DNA from: Nemertoderma westbladi
Lineage: Eukaryota > Animalia > Xenacoelomorpha
Length of the DNA: 64,000 bases
NCBI GenBank assembly: GCA_032718475.1
Contig: JAUCBJ010009045.1
Location: 1 to 64,000 of the forward strand
Direction of reading: 5' to 3'
The translations under genes and the position numbers were made by a program. Under the pieces are notes generated by a model that saw only the letters and a program-made list of their open reading frames with translations, was not told the origin of the DNA and ran no database searches. Below, in pieces: positions 11,201 through 22,400 of this stretch; the first letter of the stretch is position 1; each line of letters begins with the position of its first letter.

Positions 11201-14200
11201 TACGTCATTGGCTAACCGTACAGGTACGCTATTGGCTAATCTTACAGGGTACGTCATTGGCTAATCATACAGATCCGGGGTACGTCATTGGCTAATCGTA
11301 CAGGTACGTCATTGGCTAACCGTACAGGTACGTCATTGGCTAATAGTACAGGTACGTCATTGGCTAATCGTAAAGGTACGTAGTACGTCATTGGCTAACC
11401 GTACAGGTACGCTATTGGCTAATCTTACGGGGTACGTCATTGGCTAATCGTACAGGTACGTCATTGGCTAACCGTACAGGTACGTTATTGGCTAACCGTA
11501 CGCGTACATGGTACGCTATTGGCTAATCGTACAGGTACGCCATTGGCTCATCGTACAGGTACGTCATTGGCTAATCGTACAGGTGCGTCATTGGCTAATC
11601 GTACAGGTATGTCATTGGCTAATGAATCGTACAGGTACGCCATTGGCTAATCGCACAGGTACGTCATTGGCTAATCGTATAGGTACGGGGTACGTCATTG
11701 GCTAAACGTACACTGTACAGATACGGGGTACGTGATTGACTAATCGTACAGGTACGTCATTGGCTAATCGTACAGGTACGTCACTGGCTAATCGTACAGG
11801 TACGCCATTGGCTAATCGTACAGGTACGTCTTTGGCTAATCGTACAGGTACGTCATTGGCGGCAAATCGTACAGGTACGTCATTGGCTAATCGTACAGGT
11901 ACGGGGTACGCCATTGGCTAATCGTACAGGTACGTCATTGGCTAATCGTACAAGTACTACTACTACTACTAGGTCGAGCGAACTCGGACAAGATATCGTA
12001 CAAGTACGTCATTGGCTAATCGTACAGGTACGCCATTGGCTAATCGTACAGGTACGTCATTGGTTAATCGTACAGGTACGTCATTGGCTAATCGTACAGG
12101 TACGCCATTGGCTCATCGTACAGGTACGTCATTGGCTAATCGTACAGGTGCGTCATTGGCTAATCGTACAGGTATGTCATTGGCTAATGAATCGTACAGG
12201 TACGCCATTGGCTAATCGCACAGGTACGTCATTGGCTAATTGTATAGGTACGGGGTACGTCATTGGCTAAACGTACACTGTACAGATACGGGGTACGTGA
12301 TTGGCTAATCGTACAGGTACGTCATTGGCTAATCGACAGGTACGTCACTGGCTAATCGTACAGGTACGCCATTGGCTAATCGTACAGGTACGTCATTGGT
12401 TAATCGTACAGGTACGTCATTGGCTAATCGTACAGGTACGTCATTGGTTAATCGTACAGGTACGGGGTTCGCCATTGGCTAATCGTACAGGTACGTCATT
12501 GGCTAACCGTACAGGTACGTCATTGGCTAATCGTACAGGTACGTCATTGGCTAGTCGTACAGGTACGTCATTGGCTAGTCGTACAGGTACGTCGTTGGCT
12601 AATCGTACAGGTACGTCATTGGCTAGTCGTACAGGTACGTCGTTGGCTAATCGTACAGGTACGTCATTGGCTAATCGTACAGGTACGCCATTGGCTCATC
12701 GTACAGGTACGTCATTGGCTAATCGTACAGGTACGTCATTAGCTAATCGTACAGGTACGTCATTGGCTAATCGCATAGGTACGTCATTGGCTAGTCGTAC
12801 AGGTACGTCGTTGGCTAATAGTACAGGTACGTCATTGGCTAATCGTACAGGTACGCCATTGGCTCATCGTACAGGTACGTCATTGGCTAATCGTACAGGT
12901 ACGTCATTGGCTAATCGTACAGGTACGTCATTGGCTAGTCGTACAGGTACGTCGTTGGCTAATAGTACAGGTACGTCGTTGGCTAATAGTAACGCGTTCA
13001 TAGTATATTATCTTTCTTGACTGATTATATTTCATGAAGTTGAAATAATAAAAACTTTATTGATTAGGAAGCCAGAAAAAAATTTAAACTCATAGCTGCA
13101 GACGTTTTGGTTTAATGTTCACAAAAAAGACTTAAATCCCCCGCTTTTAACCCCTTAGGAATTTTTCTCGGTCGCCGTAAAATAAGGTTCAACTTTCTTA
13201 GCGCAGATTGCTGCTCGATTTTAAAAAATACCCATTGCACGGTTATCTTGTACGTGCTAGCTAGTAGATTACGCATAATATTATCAACATTATTAGGTTT
13301 GTCTTCACATAGCTGTGTACCACTGCGAAATGACGAAGCCCTTATTATTGGTCGGGAAGGTGGTCTTAGAACACAGCGTCGCTATGGAAACTCGTTTTTG
13401 CTTAAAGGATCTCCCAGCAATGGTCGCTATAGTTACACCGAGTACCCAATAGGTAATTGGCCACCAATTTAAGACGTCCCGGGTTATCGGGTAATTATTT
13501 AGGAATTAAAATTTGTGTTCTTATTTATTTAGAAAATGATCTTGGTATTGAGGATTAACACTGCCTGAAGATTTGAGAACCAAGTTTGGGGGATGTAAAT
13601 ATTGTCAACCAACTATATCAGCTATTATGTGTTTTTTGTTTACCTGAGATTACAATAACCCACTTTTTTTAATTAGATATATATAGATATTTTGTTACGT
13701 ATTTGTGATAATTATTTTGCATTGGAATTTATTATTATACATCCGCTCAACAATTAGATATAAACTATTATGAAATCGTTATTTTTCACACCATATTAAT
13801 TATTGTCTCATTCTATTATGGCAGGTGTTTCTTCCCGATCCGGTCACACGTGCAATACCTTATCGGACGGTAGGAACTCTCGCGTCCTCTTAGTCGGCGG
13901 CCGATCCGACAAACTAACCGAACAGTTCTCCGTACCCGCCGCTAAGGGCGTCTCCGGTACTGGTCGTATCCACGAGAAATTCCGAGCGTTAACTCGTCGC
14001 TCCAGACTGGCTGATAGACCCCCACGTTGTAGAGCACACCACGTAGCGGCGAGTGTAGGTAATCTACTCGTACTGCATGGTGGGGACCCGTTTGGGTGCG
14101 GTGTGAGGGTGGAACCCAGCGCCGACTGGTGGCTGTACTGCGCATCGAGTAACAGTCTGGGTTGGTACAGACTGGATACAGTCGGACCCACTGTGCGACG

Positions 14201-14309
14201 TAGTGGCCACGTTGTAGCGATTTACGGGGATTCCATAGTGATTCAAGGTGGTATAACTGATTCTTATGGTAAAGTTAGTGGCGAATTGTACATTCTGGAA
14301 CTAAAGTAA
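5222..14309 (+). CDS. KLHDC9: Kelch domain-containing protein 9-like, 4 exons: 5222-5411, 5726-5893, 13297-13452, 13825-14309 (332 aa)
   Basis: Three GT-AG introns, all phase 1, join to 999 nt in frame. Kelch GG motifs (YVHGG, VVVGGWNG, LLVGG, VLHGG, VIQGG) and KLHDC9-like stretches GSPKLSHH, GLSSHSC, GREGGLRTQRRYG, SRSGH. AATAAA at 14356. Confidence 0.85.
5891..8119. repeat. 24-bp minisatellite (CAGGTACGTCATTGGCTAAYCGTA)n, first block, starting at the KLHDC9 exon 2 donor
   Basis: Read directly. 28-bp variants (TAATGAATCG) appear after about 6650. Confidence 0.97.
8313..8843. mobile_element. MITE with CAGGCCCGTAGCCAGG / CCTGGCTACGGG termini (hAT-like)
   Basis: Terminal inverted repeats at 8313-8328 and 8826-8837. 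AACGAACCGCCCTTTT occurs near both ends. Confidence 0.6.
8525..8574 (+). ncRNA. Minimal type I hammerhead ribozyme
   Basis: CCAGCGCTA-CTGATGA-GGCC-TGTTA-GGCC-GAAAC-GTAC-GTA-TAGCGCTGG: perfect 9-bp stem I, intact CUGAUGA and GAAA core, stem II GGCC(T)/(A)GGCC, palindromic stem III (ACGTACGT) and GUA cleavage triplet at 8563-8565. Confidence 0.9.
9032..10009. mobile_element. Tc1/mariner-type non-autonomous element with about 150-bp degenerate TIRs, inserted into another MITE
   Basis: TA|CAGGGTGTTCGCCAGAA ... TTCTGACGAACACCCTG. The TIRs extend to about 9183 and 9841. It interrupts a copy of the TACACCATGACCCG...GACACGGACCCCC family and contains an internal hairpin at 9684-9770. Confidence 0.7.
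10377..12990. repeat. 24-bp minisatellite, second block (same family as 5891-8119)
   Basis: Resumes directly after a poly(A) run at about 10358-10377; more degenerate in the middle. Confidence 0.97.
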
Positions 14310-15959
14310 ATCATTTCAGGAGGTTAAGGGTTAATCTTTATCTGATATATGAATTAATAAATATTACACCATCTTGAATAGTGTCTTAATTGAATCCGAC
14401 TACAAACGTCAACCCTGCAATAATTGGGGTCAGAGTAAAACGCTGATCCGGATTCTACATTTAACATTGTCCCTACGGAAGTCGATTTTTTTTACATTTT
14501 TATAACTCCCAAAAATAAAACTATAACCTGTTCTATTGACTTTAGTTTATTGTTTTGGTTAAAATAACGTGCCATTGTAACCTGCTCCTTTCCCTTAATT
14601 GATAATTTTGGAATCCGGATCAGGATCCGCGTTTTACACCTACCCCAATAATTGTACATTTGTAATTTTACACTTGGTTATTCAACGTCATTATTACAGT
14701 ATTTATTTTTTGTTATTATATAGTGAAAACTGAAAAGTAAAATGATTGTTAAAGTTTAACTACGAAATTCTTAAGGAAACCCGAAGACTCCCCTCTCTCA
14801 CAATCCTCTCACTATTCATTAAACTCTCTTTATTTAACAAGTAATCCCGCTTGGTGGCGCACTATTTACTTAGCGCTACACCCCTGACAACGTCCAGTAG
14901 GGTAGCAACCTCAGGGAGTACCGGTACAACCTGGGACAACCTGGGATTATCATAGGAGGGGATTTACTTCCTGCTTTATATCCCGCGAGTAAAAACAGTC
15001 TGAGTTTTTGCGCGCCAAAAGTCTAACAACTACGGGGCTATGATTGGCTGTTATCGGGTTTATTTAGAAGATAAATCTTCACATTTTCAACCAATTACAG
15101 CGCGTGAATTAAATACAATAACATTGAGTTTAAACGCCCCCAGCCAATCACTTGGGCAAACATTTATTGTCGTTTTTCGAATATACGCGTTATATTAGCC
15201 AATCATAGTTCGCAAATTAATTTCATATTTTTTTGAGTTATTATGCGTCCCGTATAGTTGAGGGGGTTTAAGCGCGCGAAAAGGTTTTTACGTGAATTGA
15301 TTATCACAAATTTAAACACATTATTTGCAGGAATGTCTAATAGCATTATACCAGTAAGACCAGGAAACAAACACCCATTACTGGTAAAGTTATAATAGAA
15401 AGTTAAAGCGCATGAAACAGACACCCATTACTGGTAAAGTTATAATAGAAAGTTAAAGCGCATGAAACAGACACCCATTACTGGTAAAGTTATAATAGAA
15501 AGTTAAAGCGCATGAAACAAACTCATTCGTAATCTTCTAATAAATAGTGAGTTTGAAAGTTCTAATATTATTTCGATCTGTCTTTATGTAATTCCATCAT
15601 AAAATGTTTATATAAAAATTAATTTTAATTTCCACAGTTCAACCCACAAATTCGAGAGTTTCCTTGACGGCCACAATGACGTCACTTTAATACACGCCAC
15701 CATTGCCATATGGTAATAATAATAAGAATAACTTCAGTATAATATTAAGGGGTGTTAAGGGTTGCCACGGGTGTGCAATCAAAAATATTAATTCAATGAA
15801 ATAACTACAGAATAACTACATCAGATGTATTACTGAGCTAGTTAAATATTTTCGCGACGAAATCAAATTACCCAATAAATTGTTTATACAGTATTACTTT
15901 AACATTTCGAACACAATCTTAGTATATTGACCTAATAAACCCCTCCTTAAACCCATACT

Positions 15960-16421
15960 TACACCATATCCCAGAATATAGTGTCGTAATTCAGTGAAAC
16001 AACCACCCGGATCCGGATCCGGATTCTACATTTAACATTGTCCCTACGGAACCTAATATTTTTATAACTCCCAAAAATAAAACTATAACCTGTTCTATTG
16101 TGTTTAGTTTATTGTTTTGGTTAAAATAACTTGCCACTGTAACCTGCTCCTATCCATTAATTGATAATTTTGGAATCCGGATCCGCGTTTTACACCTTCC
16201 CCCACCAACCCCCGCTCCTAAAAAAATTATTCTACAAATCTTAATAAATGATATTATATGAAATTCGAAACAGCTATAGTTTCATCTCCCTCCTCCTTGC
16301 TCGGTGAGTCAAAAATTTTATTTTCGCTTTCATCGCTACTGTACAAGCGTTTGATCATGATTACAATTGATAAAAAAATTGGATGGCCGTGTTACGACAC
16401 TATATTCCAGGACATGGTGTA
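15960..16421. mobile_element. TA-flanked MITE (CACCAT...ATGGTG termini) carrying an inserted dispersed repeat
   Basis: TACACCATATCCCAGAATATAGTGTCGTAA is inverted at TTACGACACTATATTCCAGGACATGGTGTA. Internal 16010-16200 matches 14445-14640 and, more loosely, 520-660. Confidence 0.6.
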
Positions 16422-17369
16422 CTGAACTACCATATTACAATTAATAATATTCTTACTATTTATTATGTTATTTCTTATTAATTCACCCTCCCATTTCATC
16501 AAATGTTATAGCTAATTCGTATTCCTTATTTATGCAAATATGTTAAAGTAAGAACGAACTCCGTATCACTGAATGCTACCAAAGTTTCTAATGGCTAAGT
16601 TTCTATTGTGCAAAATATAATAACTGGAGAAATAAACTTATATTTCGAGTAATATTTTATTTTGATAGCGATCACATAGAATATATTATATAATTTATAT
16701 TTTTGTATAATTCCTATGCATTTGGATTTTTGCTCAGTTTACAGTTGTGGCGGCTCAAAGCCAAATTAAATCTGTTAATAAATTCACTTTAAATTATCGA
16801 TATACGATTATGATTTAAGGCCTGGCGGTTTTGATTAGGGTTGGGGCCTATCCTGACCGACAAACCCGAACCAAAATAATAAACCAATGATCCCCCCATA
16901 AGACTTTAGACACGAGACCGATGGTTTAGTAAGCCAATCATATTTGGCAGCAGCAGTTGTTGCTGCTCTATATTAAAATGTTCAACAGTAATAGTAGGCC
17001 CTACAGGTTGTAAGACGGATTATGTCGATACAGATCTATGGTCACTGTAGAAATTATACTAGTATTATTTAAAATTATAATATTACATAAAGGCAAAGGA
17101 AAAGCCATTCTTGAGCCAAGTCTAACTACTTATTATATTCATAACGTAGGCCTAATTAGTAATGAGAAAAGATTTCAGCATTTTAGTTAGATAATACTGA
17201 CTGGATAATTGGTTTTGATCACAGTTTCATTGGTAAATTATCAGTTGATTCATTATGGGTGTGGGGGGACAAGGCGCTGGAAAGGATAATTTTTGGTAAA
17301 TTATGTTTCGGTCTGCTTTAAAATGAATTCTTGATGGAACATAACTGCGACCATCGACATTTAGATTAT

Positions 17370-19200
17370 GTTCGGTTATTATTCCAGTTATGATTTGGTT
17401 CTGGTTTCGGTGACGATTAGGTTATGTTTCCGGTTATGATTTGGTTTTGTTTCCAGATATAATTTGGTTTTGATTTCAGATATGATTTATTTTTTAAATG
17501 ATTCTGGTTGTGATTTGGTTATGTTTTAGGTTATGATTGGGTTATGTTCCCGTTATAATTTGGTTATGGTTCCAGTTATGATTTGGTTATGGTTCCAGTT
17601 ATGGAATGGTTATAGTTCCAGTTATGATTTGGTTATTGTTCCAGTTTTGATTTGGTTACATTCCCGTTATGATTTGGTTATGTTCCCGTTATGATATGGT
17701 TATGGTTCCAGTTTTGATTTGGTTATGGTTCCACTTATGATATGGTTCCAGTTATGATTTGGTTATGGTTCCAGTTATGATTTGGTTATGTTTCAGGTTA
17801 TGATTGGGTTATGTTCCCGTTATGATTTGGTTATGGTTCCAGTTATGATTTGGTTATGGTTCCAGTTATGATTTGGTTATGTTTCAGGTTATGATTGGGT
17901 TATGTTCCCGTTATGATTTGGTTATGGTTCCAGTTATGATGTGGTTATGGTTCCAGTTATTATTTGGTTATGTTCCAGTTATGATTTGGTTATGGTTCCA
18001 GTTATTATTTGGTTATGTTCCAGTTATGATTTGGTTATGGTTCCCGTTATGATTTGGTTATGGTTCCAGCTATGATTTGGTTATGTTCGCGTTATGATTT
18101 GGTTATGTTCCCGTTATGATTTGGTTATGGTTCCAGTTATGATTTGGTTATGGTTCCAATAATGATTTGGTTATGGTTCCAGTTATGATTTGGTTATGGT
18201 TCCAGTTATGATTTGGTTATGGTTCCAGTTATGATTTGGTTATGGTTCCAGTTATGATTTGGTTATGGTTCCAGTTATGATTTGGTTAGTTATGGTTCCA
18301 GTTATGATTTGGTTAGTTATGGTTCCAGTTATGATTTGGTTATGGTTCCAGTTATGATTTGGTTATGGTTCCAGTTATGATTTGGTTATGGTTCCAGTTA
18401 TGATTTGGTTATGGTTCCAGTTATGATTTGGTTATGGTTCTAGTTATGATTTGGTTATGGTTCCAGTTATGATTTGGTTAGTTATGGTTCCAGTTATGAT
18501 TTGGTTATGGTTCCAGTTATGATTTGGTTATGTTTCAGGTTATGATTGGGTTATGTTCCCGTTATGATTTGGTTATGGTTCCAGTTATGATTTGGTTATG
18601 GTTCCCGTTATGATTTGGTTATGGTTCCAGCTATGATTTGGTTATGTTCGCGTTATGATTTGGTTATGTTCCCGTTATGATTTGGTTATGGTTCCAGTTA
18701 TGATTTGGTTATGGTTCCAATTATGATTTGGTTATGGTTCCAGTTATGATTTGGTTATGGTTCCAGTTATGATTTGGTTATGGTTCTAGTTATGATTTGG
18801 TTATGGTTCCAGTTATGATTTGGTTAGTTATGGTTCCAGTTATGATTTGGTTAGTTATGGTTCCAGTTATGATTTGGTTATGGTTCCAGTTATGATTTGG
18901 TTATGGTTCCAGTTATGATTTGGTTATGGTTCCAGTTATGATTTGGTTATGGTTCCAGTTATGATTTGGTTATGGTTCCAGTTATGATTTGGTTATGGTT
19001 CCAGTTATGATTTAGTTATGGTTCCAGTTATGATTTGGTTATGGTTCCAGTTATTATTTGGTTATGTTCCAGTTATGATTTGGTTATGGTTCCAGTTATG
19101 ATTTGGTTATGGTTCCAGTTATGATTTGGTTATGGTTCCAGTTATGATTTGGTTATGTTCCCGTTATGATTTGGTTATGGTTTGGTTCCAGTTTTGATTT
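17370..19200. repeat. 23-bp minisatellite (TTATGATTTGGTTATGGTTCCAG)n, degenerate at the 5' end
   Basis: Read directly. The unit is built from two related 11-12-bp halves and the array ends about 200 bp upstream of the DNase I ATG. Confidence 0.95.
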
Positions 19201-19406
19201 GTGTACGGTTTATGTTATGAGATGCTTATTATTTGTTGTTTTGATTATGGTCTCATAATATATTACTGTATGGATAATTAGCATATTTAATAATATCTTA
19301 ATTAGAATATCGTATTTCATTGTTGTAGTAGTTGTGTTTAATGTAAACATATAACTTTTATTGTGCACCCATCCACAGTCAGTAGCCTACATAAATATAG
19401 TTCAAA

Positions 19407-22400
19407 ATGAATGGTCTGTTTGGAAGAATATTATTGGTGGGTGTCTTGGTGGTGATGTTCCCAACACATTCACTAAGTTCTGGTACGAAATCCTGCAAAG
19501 TGTCTTTGAGAAATCTAAAGATCGCATCGTTTAACATCCAAATACTCGGCGAAAATAAAATGTCCCATACAGACGTTGTTGATGTCCTGGTAAAGGTGGG
19601 TATTACGTAATTTATTTTGGTATGCATAACAATAAATGTCAACTTACAAAGTGCAAACCGGTTCCTCATAGTTACACTGTGAGCGTTGATAACAATTAAG
19701 TACATTAGTACTGGGGGTTTTCACTATATACCTGTAATTTGTTTTTGTATAAAATAGGAATAGAATGAGGTTTATTTTTTTCGATAGATATTGAATCGAT
19801 ATGATATCGTGATGATTCAAGAGATAAGGGATAGTTCTCCAAATGAAGCCGCTATCCACAAACTTTTAGATAAAGTGAACGGATACGGTATTTTAAGGAG
19901 GTTCTATACGAGCGCAGTCTACAAAATGGTACTGGGTCCTAGATTGGGACATTCAAACTCCAAAGAACAGTACGCCTACTTATACAGGTGAGAAAATATA
20001 TGTTTGGTGATTAATTACTGTTTACATTATACTAATGCATAAGTTAACACATTACGGTGCACTAATGTGTAAAGTTACATATTACGGTGCACTAATGTGT
20101 AAAGTAACATATTACGATACACTAATGTGTAAAGTAACACATTACGGTGCACTAATGTGTAAAGTAACACATTACGATGCACTAATGTATAAAGTAACAC
20201 ATTACGGTGAACTAATGTGTAAAGTAACACATTACGATACACTAATGTGTAAAGTGACACATTACGGTGCATTAATGTGTAAAGTAACACATTACGGTGC
20301 ACTAATGTGTAAAGTAACACATTTCGGTGCACTAATATGTAAAGTAACACATTACGGTGAATTAATATATAAAGTAACACATTACGGTGTACTAATGTGT
20401 AAAGTGACACATTACGGTGCACTAATGTGTAAAGTAACACATTTCGGTGCACTAATGTGTAAAATAACATATTACGGTGTATTAATATATAAAGTAACAC
20501 ATTACGGTGCTCTAATGTGTAAAGTAACACATTACGGTGCTCTAATGTGTCAAGTAACACATTACGGTGCAATAATGTGTAAAGTAACACATTTCGGTGT
20601 ACTAATGTGTAAAGTAACACATTGCGGTGCTCTAATGTGGAAAGTAACACATCACGGTGCTCTAATGTGTAAAGTAACACATTACGGTGCACTAATGTGT
20701 AAAGTAACACATTACGGTGCTCTAATGTGTAAAGTAACACATTACGGTGCTCTAAAGTGTAAAGTAACACATTACGGTGCACTAATGTGTAAAGTAACAC
20801 ATTACGGTGCACTGTAATGTGTAAAGTAACACATTACGGTGCTCTAATGTGTAAAGTAACACATTACGGTGCACTAATGTGTAAAGTAACACATTACGGT
20901 GGACTAATGTGTAAAGTAACACATTACGGTGCTCTAATGTGTAAAGTAACACATTACAGTGCAAAAAGTAGCACATTACGGTGCTCTAATGTGTAAAGTA
21001 ACACATTACGGTGCTCTAATGTGTAAAGTAACACATTACGGTGCACTAATGTGTAAAGTAACACATTACGGTGAATTAATATATAAAGTAACACATTACG
21101 GTGCACTAATGTGTAAAGTGACACATTACGGTGCACTAATGTGTAAAGTAATACATTACGGTGAATTAATATATAAAGTAACACATTACGGTGCACTAAT
21201 GTGTAAAGTGACACATTACGGTGCATTAATGTGTAAAGTAACACATTACGGTGCTCCAATGTGTAAAGTAACACATTACGGTGCTATAATGTGTAAAGTA
21301 ACACATTACGGTGCACTAATGTGTAAAGTAACACATTACGGTGCTCTAATGTGTAAAGTAACACATTACGGTGCACTAATGTGTAAAGTAACACATTACG
21401 GTGCTCTAATGTGTAAAGTAACACATTACTCTAATGTGTAAAGTAACACATTACGGTGCACTAATTTGTAAAGTAACACATTACGGTGAATTAATATATA
21501 AAGTAACACATTACGGTGCACTAATGTGTAAAGTGACACATTACGGTGTACTAATGTGTAAAGTAATACATTACGGTGAATTAATATATAAAGTAACACA
21601 TTACGGTGCACTAATGTGTAAAGTGACACATTACGGTGCATTAATGTGTAAAGTAACACATTACGGTGCTCTAATGTGTAAAGTAACACATTACGGTGCT
21701 CTAATGTGTAAAGTAACACATTACGGTGCACTAATGTGTAAAGTAACACATTACGGTGCTCTAATGTGTAAAGTAACACATTACGGTGCACTAATGTGTA
21801 AAGTAACACATTACGGTGCTCTAATGTGTAAAGTAGCACATTACGGTGCTCTAATGTGTAAAGTAACACATTACGGTGCTCTAATGTGTAAAGTAACACA
21901 TTACGGTGCACTAATGTGTAAAGTAACACATTACGGTGAATTAATATATAAAGTAACACATTACGGTGCACTAATGTGTAAAGTGACACATTACGGTGCA
22001 CTAATGTGTAAAGTAATACATTACGGTGAATTAATATATAAAGTAACACATTACGGTGCACTAATGTGTAAAGTGACACATTACGGTGCATTAATGTGTA
22101 AAGTAACACATTACGGTGCTCCAATGTGTAAAGTAACACATTACGGTGCTATAATGTGTAAAGTAACACATTACGGTGCACTAATGTGTAAAGTAACACA
22201 TTACGGTGCTCTAATGTGTAAAGTAACACATTACGGTGCACTAATGTGTAAAGTAACACATTACGGTGCTCTAATGTGTAAAGTAACACATTACTCTAAT
22301 GTGTAAAGTAACACATTACGGTGCACTAATTTGTAAAGTAACACATTACGGTGAATTAATATATAAAGTAACACATTACGGTGCACTAATGTGTAAAGTG

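Noticed and set aside
15365-15520. 50-bp triplication and the overlapping 73-aa ORF
   Set aside because: A simple local tandem duplication with no coding or structural signal.
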